NCBI GenBank assembly: GCA_003344405.1
Contig: NOWV01000165.1
Location: forward strand, 1-64,000
Direction: 5' to 3'
Length of the DNA: 64,000 nt
Source of the DNA: Trichoplax sp. H2
Taxonomy: Eukaryota
Below the pieces are notes generated by a model. It saw nothing but the letters and a program-made list of their open reading frames with translations. It was not told the origin of the DNA and ran no database searches. Position numbers and translations under genes: made by a program. Shown piece by piece: positions 33,701-46,680 of this stretch. The stretch's first letter is position 1. Each line of letters begins with the position of its first letter.

Positions 33701-36700
33701 AATTGTGCATAATTCTAATTCAGTATCTCAATCTATCTGTTATGGCCATATAGGTCTGCTAATATCGCAAGTGTTAAAGTTTTATGCGATAAAAGCTTAA
33801 CACATTTAAACAGTCCTGGAGAGCGCTCACGCACACCTCTTCACCATGCCATCGTCAATAATCTTATTCCAATTGTTGATTTTTTGATCAAATATGGAGC
33901 AAACGTTAATAAAAGGTAATTTTATGAAGTTATAATCTCGTTTGCCAGCGTTACTATATAGAATTAAAATTACCACTAGTTATTTGCTTGAGCCACGATT
34001 GAATATTGTACGTAAAATAGATGTTCTAAGCAGTACTAATCAATTATAAAAATCAAGATATTTAATTAAGCTTAGTATTAGATGACTCGCGTCTATCAAT
34101 TTCTTAGTATATTTATTGAATCTCTTTATTTCTACCAGAGATGGCAGCTATCGAACGCCACTACTATTAGCTGCTGAAAGGGGTTATTTTGATATCACCA
34201 AAATACTTCTGGAAAATAATGCTGCTATTAATGATCGAGCATCGGATGGTGTAAGTAAAATACTTTAATTCCTACTATCAAGCTGACATATTCGAGGATA
34301 GCTAAATCTATTTTTCATAATAATTTTTTTATAAATCTGATATAATAATGTTACATTTAAAATATCCCTATAGAAAACCGCTCTACATGCTGCTGCGACT
34401 TCAGATAACATTGAAATTACTGAGTTTCTACTCGCTAATGGAGCTGAAATTCTTAGTGATAATGACAATAGAACTTGTCTTGATATTGCAATTGAAAATC
34501 AAAGCAAGAATGTTGCTATGGCTATCGTGAAGCAAAAAAAGTAAATGCAATCTGTTTACTCAATATTAAAATAGTAATTTGAGCTACAATATCCAATGAT
34601 ATATAACTTTACAAGAATTAAAGCCTAAAATTTTCAATCCTTACCCCGGAATTTACACGGTATATTATAAGCTGCCCTATTAATCAAAAGTATTTGTTTA
34701 CTACTATGCTAAAAAGAATTAAAGATCTATTTATGAAAGTAGATGAAGAAGGTAGAACAGTAATGCAACGATTAGTTGAACAGCTTCCCGATGCAGCTCA
34801 GGTATGCTTACGAAATTAGCCAATATTTTTCAACTCCATGCAGCATTTCTAATTATAATCCAATAGTTACGATTTTTCAACATAAGAGACTCTTACAGTT
34901 ATTTATAAATATTCTATTACCAATGATGATCATTTCTACTATTCTAATCCTATTAATTATGGTGCATTAGATGGTCATGGATCGCTGCATTACTCGATCC
35001 AAACATTTTAAAGGGCGCCAAAGTCGCGAAGTAAGTCAAATAAACTAATTATAAAGAGTTGGTTAAGATCTTGTTCACAAAATTTTACGCCATACATGTG
35101 TGCAGTTCTGATTTAGCCACTGAAAGCTACGGTATGCAAATATCTCTTACTAGGTTACATACGATTTCTCTTTCATTGATCCCGGGCCAACATTTGAAGA
35201 AGAAAATTTTTTAGTAAATCAAGATGACAAAAAGACATCAATTAATTGCAATGCTGTACAGGTAATTGCAGATAATTATAATTACAGCTTTAAGGCAGCT
35301 GCTTAAATATGGAGATCGTTCTATTAGTCTTAGCAAGGTTGTTTTTATAATTATTTTCAATTCTACCGTCTCATAATCATATAATTGCTTACGAATGAAT
35401 TTTTTCCTCAACTCTAACATCTCGATAACACAGTAGTTTCGAATGCCATCAATTAATGATTTATCATACTAAACAAGCAGAATAATAATTTCTTCCCAAT
35501 TTTAGACTATGAGAAAATTGAAAAGAGGCAATTTAGTGAATCATGAACTATCAAAAGCCTTACTAGACTACAAATGGTAAGAGGATAAATAATATCTCCT
35601 CCTTAATCGGTTTTAGCTTTAAATCAGCTTATCATTCCGCTTATTGCTAAATATAATTCCGGTATACCCATTTCATAGGAGAAAGTTTGGTGCTTACGTA
35701 TTCTACGCCAATCTATCCATCTATGTTATCTACTTGAGTTTATTAACTCATTTCACCGTCAGCCTGAAAGCTAGTCCAAAGAATAATTCTTTTAGCTCGG
35801 CTTTTAATCCAGCTCCAGTAACAGTCGCTCCAACGACATCTTCGATAACATTGCCAGACAACAGTAGCATTTTTTCCACTATTACTACCGATCGGGTTTG
35901 TACTCTCATCACAAAGATTTCTAAAGTTACTTGACACCTTTTGCAATAGCTGATTGAATTATATCCTTAACTATTTGCTTAATTGCTATAGTTCCGCATA
36001 AATCTTTATTTTAGTATTGTATGTACACAATTCATATAGCCAGTAACCGATTTTCTAATTACCTTTCGCACTCATAATCTTAGCCCCACTTATCAACACT
36101 TAAGATGATCTGTGATAGTATTTGAGAGCATCGCACGCATAAGTTGAACTTGGAACAGTATAACTAATTATTGTTTTTCTAAAACACTCTTACGGATTAT
36201 AATTTGTGGATACCCTTGAAATCCTACCATAATGAACTGCAAAGATATCTCAATCTTCCTTTCACCAAACTTGAATCTGTAATAGTTCATTTCTAGCCAC
36301 TCTTAAAATACTTTAAATTGAAAACTACCTTCAGGATCTGCTACAGTGATTCACTATGATATCTTATTTCAATTTGGCACAAACTGAAACTAAACAGTCC
36401 ATTTACTGTACTAGCATTTACTTCAGCAGTTATCGTTTAACTCTTTGAAAATAAGCTATAATGACCTATGATAAACAATTAACGTATCATGTGCACTATT
36501 TGAGCCTTATGCCACAGATATTTTCTGTAATTATTTCCAATAATGTCCTGTTCTATCTTATATTCAGATCAAATCTATAGCCAATTTGTTTATTTAACTT
36601 CATTTGAACTTTTAGAATTTGAGCTACCAACAATATTTGCAGTATAAATGTGGCATTCCATATTATCTAATGCAGATCTTAAAATCGCCGTAAAATAATC

Positions 36701-39700
36701 TTTAGAATCTTTTCTACGATTATAATTTAACTTACATTATTGGCTTTAATGATACATATTCGATTTTTGGGGGATGATAAGGACATCTTAAAACCTAAAA
36801 TAATTCATTAAGTTACATTTTTTACCTTCTTTGATAATTATTGCCTTTAATTTAAATCATTTTCAAAAATGGTGTAAATTATAAACTATGATATCTTAGT
36901 GTAACTCATGTGCAAACATTGATCAATTAGGTTCCAAGGCCGTTCAATATAGTTATTCAAGTATCTGTCCTCGTTTTTTCTATTATCAACTTACTAAAGG
37001 AATGCTATCAACTATTACATTTGGTAAGTTAAACAACTAGTATATATTTAAATATTTTTAAATTTCATTCAATTTTATTTCTCCCCTGCAAGTAACCGTC
37101 AGACGATGATTATTCATTTTTTAATTTACTTTTTCAAGTATATTATTGGGACGCTAATTTGACGTATGAGTTTTGCATTAAAGCAGACTTAAGTTCAAAA
37201 ATTTAAGAAATGCTAAAGTTCCTATCGTTATGCACGATAACAGGTCAAACTACCATCCTTAGGGTTATAAGGGGGCACAGAACCCATTCACTACTATTAC
37301 TATAACTGAAGTAATAATAAATAGAATCTGAAATGGATATATATGTAGTAACAGTCGTAAATATAACTATTTCTTATACAGTACCAATGAATTTGAAGAG
37401 AATCGAGTAGGCATTAATTCATGTACTTGACACTGGTATGTTTTCAGGACTTGAATTTGCCTTACGGGTATATGTTCTATAATTCATTTGCAACGTTATA
37501 GTCGATAGTAAGTTGAATCGAAGCATTACCCACGCTGTAAATGTCATGAGGGTTTAAAAGACATATTAAAATTAAATCAGATATGATCAAATGCTTTTAC
37601 TATAAATTAAAGCTTTGCTAAGAAAGTCAACTTTGTATGCAATTGCTTATCGTTTAGTAGATTAACAGAAATATCTATAAAATAAAGAAATTAGCTTTAT
37701 CTGTTTTGATCTATTTCGATTATTTGATTTGAAAAGTAGCATCTAAACGATTAGAGTTTTATAAAAATAGAACTTTCATGTACTATAATTTGCACAAGAA
37801 TAGGTATAAATGGGCCAAAGATATAGTTTAGACTGCATTGAAAAGTGTTTGATATTTCTGATCTTTGGAATACAGGGTTTTGCCTATTTTAAGAATATTG
37901 GTAACTACATGGAAATATTTATGTATATTTCAACGTTGATATTGATTACTCCACCTGGAAGAGTTCCAAATGATTGGCAATGGCTATTTGGATCATTTGC
38001 ACTCTTTCTATCATGGATTAACCTTTTGCTTTTCATGGAAAGGTATCCTTTAGAATTATTTTTACCAAATATTATCTACGCCTATAAGAATTACTTAATC
38101 AGCTAAAAACTTTGCCGCTATTGATAAATAACATAACTATTGAAGTAAATTTTTAAGATTTGCTTTTATAATCATAATGAGATTGAATTTCGTTTAGGAT
38201 ATCTGCTTTAGGTATCTATGTTATCATGTTAAAGTCCGTACTGTTGACCTTTCTGCGGGTAATTGAATCAATATTAGAATTAAGCTAACACCTACAATGA
38301 CTGCTTCAAACCTGCAACTATTCATTTGAAATTATAATTAACTATCCAATTGGATCATTAAACTCTTTGGGCAACATAGATCCTCGTTGTTCTTACCATT
38401 TTTATGGTGGCCTTTGCATTTGCATTTACAATCTTAGCAGGATCAGAAGTAAGCAGAAACATTTTAAAATAAATTGAATAATATTACATACAATATGATC
38501 TATATCCCGTAAGCATCACATCAATATTATTTATAATACTCTTACGTTATATTGATAATATTACTAAGGTATAAAGTCTTTTATATAATTCTAGGATGTT
38601 TTTAGCACTATTTCATTAGCTATGATTAAGGTTTTGGACATGATGGTGGGAGAAATTGATTACAAAGATGTCTTTGTGACTGCTATTAGTGGTAGAACTA
38701 TTAAATATCCGGATAATTATGTTCTCGTTGCTTTTCTCGTCATCTTTATCTTCCTCATGCCAATCTTACTGATGAATTTAATGGTAAAAGCTTAAATATT
38801 ATAGATATATATATATAAAAGTAATTTGCTATATATGAGATTATGCCAAAAAGTTATAAATGAAAACTGACACTTTCTTAATGGTTATAACTATTTGTTT
38901 ATGGAAAATGTAGATTGGTTTAGCAATTGGAGATATCGACAAAATTCAAAGAAATGCAAATATAAGGCGCTTAGGCATTCAGATTGATTTTTTAGACGAT
39001 TTAGAGCGATCATTACCAAGATGGTTACGGAAAAAATTTCACTGCGTCAAAGATATACGGAATACCCAAAAATATTTATATAAGGTATTGGTCTAATGTA
39101 AAACTAGCTAGGAGAATACTTGTAGAGTAACTTGATGGAAAAAGGAGCTACTTAATGTAAAATACTTGTAAAATTAATGGAAAGAATATTAAGTAATGCT
39201 TATGGGCAGTTATAAGCAGCCAGTGTGGGATATCAGTTGCAATTCAATCTTAACATAGCGAGGGAAATGTATGTAAGCATTGTTGATAGATAAGAGATAC
39301 TAGTACAAACTCACGTCGCTTTGCTGACGGTTTACGATAATGTACCCATTTGTTAATAATTAACAGATACATATATGAAATATTTAGCAAACTATAAGTA
39401 TTACATGATATTAGGTGCAAACATGATCGAAACGATGGTTATGATATCAATAGATAGAAATAATAAATTGTTGTAAAGTATAATAGTAATTTGATATTAA
39501 AGGAACGGAAACCTTGCTAGTAATTGCAGCTTTTATAATTATTAATTGATTCTACTATAGCAGTTAGTATCTTGACTAATTTTAAATTGGAATGAAATCT
39601 TTTTATCATTTTAGTTCTACGCTTACGTTTATGGTGAAGTTACTTCTAAAAATGAGGAGGATGTAGAGGAATTTTATATTGAGCAAATTGATCGAGTTTT

Positions 39701-40015
39701 AACAGAGTTGGATTGGCAAAAGAAGCAGTAAATTCAACATAAGAATAGATTATAAAATAAGTACTAGGATTACTATAATATTATTATCATCCATGACCTA
39801 TTTGACTATTTTCTTGATATAGAATAAGAGGAATATTTACAGAAATGGATAAAATGATGGAGACTATACTCGAAATTCAAAGCTTTCAAGAATTCTCACA
39901 TCATGCACCAAAGGGAGGATCAATGCAGTCTGAAGACTCTAAAAAATCAGAAGGCCCTAAGGCGTTACTAAGTCCTGAAGCATCAGATACTTCGGATGAG
40001 AAGACCTACTTGTAG
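27775..40015 (+). CDS. TRPA1-like: TRPA-family ankyrin-repeat cation channel, paralog A (26 exons, ~1115 aa)
   Basis: Exon 1 (27775-27843, MANGKKKKNQATKKLPTIHNIFQ) is spliced to exon 2 at 29356. About 17 ankyrin repeats span 29356-34540, followed by the linker LPDAAQMVMDRC...YDFSFIDPG, pre-S1 LVNHELSKALLDYKWRKFG, S4 QWLFGSFALFLSWINLLLFMER, pore MMVGEIDY, S6/TRP-like MPILLMNLMIGLAIGDIDKIQRNA and a coiled-coil-like tail. Stop TAG at 40013-40015. Confidence 0.93.
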
Positions 40016-43000
40016 AAATTCAATTTTCCAATACCCTATATATGTGATGCACCAAGTATCTAGCTTATACTTTCATTACAATTACAGTACCAATCACAAG
40101 ATCTTTAATTTATATTTGGCTTCCATAAACGTAATGTTAAATTCTAGCAATTGGACTTATAAACATCACTTGTATTATGTGTAATTATTATTTGAAACAG
40201 ATAAATATTTTACTTGGTCTATTACAACGACATTTATTTGTCTTAGGCGGAGCTTTACTGAATGATAGATTAAAATATCTGCACCTCCGATATTTTAGAA
40301 ATCTCGTTTCGTGTTGTGATTTATAATTTTTGCTATAAGAAATTAAGCGTACGTATAATTAGAAAGGTTGTCTATACGTTTTATACTAAATCGATCTATA
40401 TTTTAGCCAATATGAAATTTACTTCAGCAACTTTGCAATTCTTCAATCATTTTTCATCTTTACTACCATAAATAGATATACGCGTGTTCATGGATTTAGT
40501 AGCATACTCTGACTTAATAATAATGGAGTGTTGAGAAAATGAGGGCAATCTAATAGGTTTCAATCTTAATTTAATCTTTAAATGGATACATATTTGCTAT
40601 GGTATTACATTATTCTTATTACAATTACCTAAAGCTATATAACATGCATAAATATACTGCAGCTCGTTATGAAAGTAACGTAGAAAAGGACTGTTATTAG
40701 TACTCGAATCTAAGGAAAGAAATATCAAGAGATTCGCTCAAAAGGGAATAATATCTGTTATTGGCAAAATGATAAATAGGCGCGGACACTGAACGAGCTA
40801 TATGCCCGATCTCGTAGTCCCTTTGATTATTTATGTTGAATATAATATGTATGCAAAAGATGTTCTTTCAAATAGCAATAGAGTAGACTAGCAGCGATAG
40901 GCTAGATATAACATCCCTTCGATCGTTTGCTTTCAGAATCGGTTTTCTATATAGCTATTAACATAGATGGCTGTAGAATGTGCAGTCTGGCTATTGTACG
41001 TCTTTGATTCTGTATTTTCCTCGTTACCTTCTTAAAATCACTAACATAAATCTCTACGTACTGATTTAAACAAATAATAAGGCTCCTAGAACAGGTATAC
41101 GCATCTGTTATTAATTTCATCGTCATTTAAATGCAACGATCTCAATATGACGAATTATCTAAGATAAATCTTAAAGAAATAGCAATTATTCGCTTTTATC
41201 ATCATCTACGCCTAGCAAATATAACCTAGGCTTACAAATATAAGTTAGATCAATGTCGAATTAAGCCAGTGCAAGTTACAGTACGTACTATTCCTTCAGT
41301 CATTTATTTTTGTAGTCTCCATTTATATGCTCTAGCTGTTGAAATAGATTACAGCATTACCAGAGAGATTTTACCATTTCCGCTAATACAAGCTGTAGGG
41401 AACCGTAGTTAGTGGAAAGGGAAGGGTGTGTCAGATTAGGGAGGAATTTTTTTGATAATTTTGTGATAGAATTGTAGAAGTTTAGAGATAGTATCGCGTG
41501 TTTTACTGCTCTACTACTATAGACTAGCTTACACGGACCTTTTAAAATATTGTAATAAAAGCAGATTTTATCTTCAGTTCGTAGGCCTAACTTTATTATG
41601 GCCTAGTAAACTTATACAGAATAAAATGTAGTCAACCGCAATACACAAGCAAATATCCTTGACCAATAGCTGCTAATAGAGAATTTAGAAGCATATTATT
41701 TACGCTAGGTGATTTATGCTAGATAATTTAATATATGTAATGGTAGAGTTGGGTACAATCATTGCTGTGGTATCACTCATGATGGATAACAATTGAAGTA
41801 TGGGATGCAATAAGTTGTGTAATATGAAAACGGCAAAGATTGGAATTTTAAGCTGGATAAATTAAACAGTTGCAGTGTAGGTTGAAAAATAAAGGACAGC
41901 TAGAGATTAAGAATATTATTATTCAGCACCGCAATAATAATGTAGTATAGTGACACTATGAATTAGTGTAAATTGATATTGAATAAGAAGAATTCTATTT
42001 CATCCTTTCCTTCCACAGGCGGTATTTCTGTATCAAATGGTACATTATACTGCGAGCTAATTCTAATTAATCTGCCTACATGAAGAGTGACGTGCCTTGA
42101 TAACCTGCAGTTATTTTTGGTTCTTATAATTTTATAATTGCCACTTATACCTTAAAGTAAGCCAAGAACATAACTTATAACAAGGTATAGTTCGTTATGG
42201 GCCTATGATGCTCATAATATCAACAGTTTACTACTCGAAATATGACTACCATACTGTAACTGCTTTTCAGTTATTTCTAGTTGAAGATCTAGTTTTTTGT
42301 TCTTTGTCAGTGTATAAAGTATGATTAGATCATTAATTAATTTTATGCATTGATCGAAAACAAAAGAAATATCATTAACAAATAGCATTGTCAGCTATTG
42401 CAATTTTTTGTTCTTATCTATTGGCGAATCTATGCGAATATAAATTATGCATTTCTACTGCCTTTTTGATTATTTCTGAACTGCGGTACTAAATTAATAA
42501 GTTGACGAAGAGACAGGATCGATAAACTAATGACCATTTCCAATCATTCAGCTCTAAAATAATTGCAATAAAGTACTATTTGGATTAAATTATCATAAGT
42601 GATATGACTCTAGCTTCTTGGATGAAAGATTTATTAGTAATTAGTTAGCAGAGTATTTAAAATCAATTACCGCCTTGTTACAGTGTATTAGTTAGCTATC
42701 TATTAATTTAGAGGGCTATATAAACTGTCTTCGTGCATCATTTCGTAAATTTGGATTCAATTATTGAGCTGAGAATTTCGAATATTGACACGTTCTGACG
42801 GTCCATTTCTTGGCTGCCATCAAATTAAAAGTACATTAATTGCAAAAATTTTATAGTTAATCAGCTTAACTTTATAATATTAAAAAAATATTGTAAATAA
42901 AGCTGGAATAAAACGGAGATGTTGCGATTGCTGGTATAATTTTATTATTTTATCGCCCGATTGCAATTTTTTTCCATTTAACCTTCAATTACATAATTAT

Positions 43001-45377
43001 GCTTGTCAAATAATCGGAAATTTGAATACGTTGATAGATCTCAGAAATTAGAAAGTAAAAAAAGCCAAAATGAAATCACGAGAGGAACTAGAGTGCTTAG
43101 TTCTCATAATATTTTTCGAGCAAGGTCATAAAGCAAGAGAAGCGATTTAAAATTTAGCGAAAAAGTTCTCTTCGATAGACGATTTTGTCATTGAATTACA
43201 TTAGAAACTAGTTACTATCTTCTAGCCTTGCTTACGTTAACTTAGTTCGGATTAGGTTTTCGATTTCCTGTTCCTGCCCAAAATTGTGCTTTTTAAGAAA
43301 GATGGTGTAGATGCAATCATGATCGTTATATAATGGTACAGTACTTCCTATCGCTTTCAATGCACATTATTCCGTGTCTTTTAGAATAAGTCACTTAATT
43401 TGAATGTATTAGAGTTTGGCTTCCTATTTCAGTCGAATTAAATGTTAGAAATGAAGAATAATAACGTATTAAATCCAAAATTTATTGACTCAATTCAAAC
43501 GCTGAAGTAGAATTAGACTGATAAATCAGACCGGAATTACCTTATGTAGCTAACATTCTATCTATGGTAAATAATTATGTTACCATAATTTTCACAGCAA
43601 TATTATAGGCAGCATGTGTATACTGATTATTTATAATTATAAGAACCATTACAATAAAATTCAAGTCATTCAGTCATCCTCTAAATCTAACTGGTACACC
43701 ATCAATGTACTTTTTAATAAGCATTTACTGCTCATAGTCAGTAAGCTAACTTTTTGCATGGATTCAAAATGAAAAAGTAATATTGCTTCAATCTCAACTA
43801 TATTTTAATAACTTACAATCATTTTTTAATCCAGAAAGCTGCGCTATAATTAATGAATATGGTTTGCACTAACTGAGGCGATATTTTAGCTTGCGTACAC
43901 TCCTTAGTTTGTGACTTGACATTTAACAACGTTGACTAAATCTTTCTAATGACACCCTAACGATATATCCAGCAAATATTAGCCACATAAACTGCATATA
44001 CCTGCTTGATCGGAATTTGCTATTAAAATAATACAATATCTTCATACTTTGTGACTAGACATTAAGCCAGGCCTATTAAGTCCTCCTAGGATATTCTAAT
44101 TGTGCATGAAAGATAGCAATGTACGTACAAAAAACAATTTTAACCTAACTTTTTAATATACTAATTTCAATTCCATCAGGCTGCTAGGTCTAGTGATATC
44201 GAATTGCTTAGGGAACGCTTTAATGCAGTGGTTAATCATGAAAAAGATTATTACAACTGGACTGATCATTAGGGATACGCTCCGTCACATTACGCAGCCC
44301 AGTATAATGAAATCGACATGGTTAACTTCATGATCAATGATACTGCAAGTAAATGAAATATTAAAAGCTAACGTAGCTATTTCTTTTCTGCTTTAATCTA
44401 TAGGTGGTTTAGTTTATTAGATGTGTAGAGAAAGAAACAAGCCAGAGAACTGATCTACTATACCTTTCAGAGTTAAATGATAGACATTTTTCCGATAAGT
44501 TATAATGTTGTCGTTTTACGACAGTTAGATATCAATATTCAAAGCAGTAAAGGAAAGACGCCACTTCACATAGCTGCTAAATACAACAGCTTAGAAGTAG
44601 CACAGATCTTACTTGATCATGGAGCCATCATAGATGCCAAAGATACAGATAGTTTTACCCAACTACATGATGCCGAAAAAATTGGCAACGTAAGTCTTTG
44701 CTAGGTGACCTATAATCTTTCTTTATAAGTATTTTCCCAAATATTTGTGAAAGAACTGAAAGTATATCAACAAATGCGGCCTAGTTGCTTGCATCGATTG
44801 GTATCTAGACCTTAATAAAATATTTAATCCAATACCTAAATAGCTTTATAATAATTCCAAGAGTTATATATATTTTATTGCTTTTGATAGGAATTATTAA
44901 ATCGTATGTCATCCTTAACAAAAGCTCTAAATAAGGATTTAATATTACCTCTTCATCTTGCTTGTCTACGGGAGAAACTGAAAATTAGCCTGTTACAAAT
45001 CTCTAAAACAGTAACTACAAGTATAAATGCATAGCTTGCAGTTTCTCATATTAAATTAGCTTTAATATATCTTGGGGAATGATATCAATCTTATGCTGTA
45101 GGTTAATTCTATTCAATTCAATTTGCCAATTTGGTTATTGCTAATCATTTGTTTAGATACCTATTTCTAATATATTCTAATCATTCTAGATAATTTACTT
45201 ACGTACATTGTGTTATAGTCAAAATATATCGAAAGAAATAATTTCCAAATGAGGGTTTGCATTTCAAAACAACCGATTGATTGATTCCAACAGGTCACAA
45301 GCTCGGAAGGTGTTGTAAGCAAAGCTATTGATGGTTTTCACTACTTCATTATACTGCTAAACAAGGGAATGTAGCTA

Positions 45378-46015
45378 TGTTACGAAGAGTAGCTCCGTAA
45401 ATTATAAATTAGGCAATAATAATTGATTAACCCGGTTGTTTACCATTTTGGTAGACAACCATGGGGCATTAGTGCTGGTTGTTTACAATTATTATAAATG
45501 GAGCAATCAACAAAAATTTAATTATATTTAGCTAGATATAATATTGTTTAATATAGGATTAGCTTACGGGAGCGCACTGCTCCAACAATTAATTACTCAT
45601 ATTGGTGCTGAGCTCAGGCTCGTTGATTGGCACGATAATTGGTTGTTTTTCATTAGTGTTGTTTACTACCCAAGCTCATACTAAGTTATGTTAATTATCT
45701 GGGAGTAACTCCCTATAGTAACATATGCAATTTGTAGAAGGAGCAACTTACTAGTATGCCCCACAAATGAGTGGGGATGGTATAAAAGACCGAGCGAATT
45801 ACCATTCGCTAGCAGTAGTCCCTACGGGCTAGGACAAGCTAGTAGAGACTAGAAATCGGATGGCCGAATGAAAAGTACTAGTGGTTTGAAAGAAACCTGA
45901 GCAGTTGTGTGACTGTGAGGAAAGAGTTGGTTTTCCCTTAGTAGAAGACTTGCAAGTCAGTGGAAGCCTTACACAATTACCTGACATAACCAAATCACAA
46001 GTGGGATTTGTGACA
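45378..46015. mobile_element. Solo LTR of an LTR retrotransposon (638 bp)
   Basis: Starts TGTTACG and ends TGTGACA (TG...CA, imperfect short inverted termini). It is flanked by the direct repeat AGCTA at 45373-45377 and 46016-46020. TATAAAAG lies at 45781. Removing the element and one TSD restores the ankyrin frame KQGNVAIMQSLLDTG. Confidence 0.88.
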
Positions 46016-46377
46016 AGCTATTATGCAAAGTTTACTGGATACAGGTAGTTCGCAGGAAGTGGCTTATGATGTCCATTTAGATTAAGAAGATAATGAAAAT
46101 TTAACGGTTCTCCATCGAGCTGTGTAGGGCGGACATAAATTGATGTAATTTCAGTTTGCTCTGTCAAACTCTTCTCGATTAAATTTGAGATACAATTATT
46201 ATACAGTATTGCCGGTATCACAGTTTTTTGAATCTAGCATCTATTTAATTAGTGTCGGTTTATATAAAAATATAAGCTGGCCGATATTTGCAATTTCTGT
46301 CCCATTAATTTATACTTAGGCGGTTTGGCTTATCTTCATCATGGAGCCAATATTGCGGCTGAAAAGGTACACATTCC

Positions 46378-46680
46378 GTAGGTTATTAAGTTCTAATATG
46401 CAAGATTACTAGTTATAATTTAGCGGATATCAATAAAGTTTTCGCCCAAATACTATAGTAATTTATCTAATCATAACAATATTTCGTAGGATATTAATTT
46501 CTATTATGCAAAACTGCAAATTTTAATTTAGTGGATACCTATATATATAAGTTTCAAGTTTTAGTGCAAATGCTTTAGTAATTTTCTAATCATACCTATA
46601 TTTGTAGGATATTAATTTCTAATATGCAAGATTACTAGTTATAATTTAGCGAATATTTGTAAAGTTTAGGGTTTTAAAGC
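46378..46680. repeat. ~110-120-bp degenerate tandem triplication in a pseudogene intron
   Basis: tagg(t/a)tattaa.ttcta.tatgcaa recurs at about 46379, 46487 and 46605. ttctaatatgcaagattactagttataatttagcg is identical at 46391 and 46617. Confidence 0.8.

Noticed and set aside
35961..36020. ATATCCTTAAC (U12 donor- or branch-like) and a possible 27-nt micro-exon in a TRPA-A intron
   Set aside because: The intron starts GTTTGT, the flanking exons join in frame, and paralog B has no equivalent exon.
43480..43566. Possible exon 1 remnant of the TRPA pseudogene (ELPYVANILSM|gtaaat)
   Set aside because: Similarity to LPTIHNIFQ is too weak to call, and there are stops just upstream.
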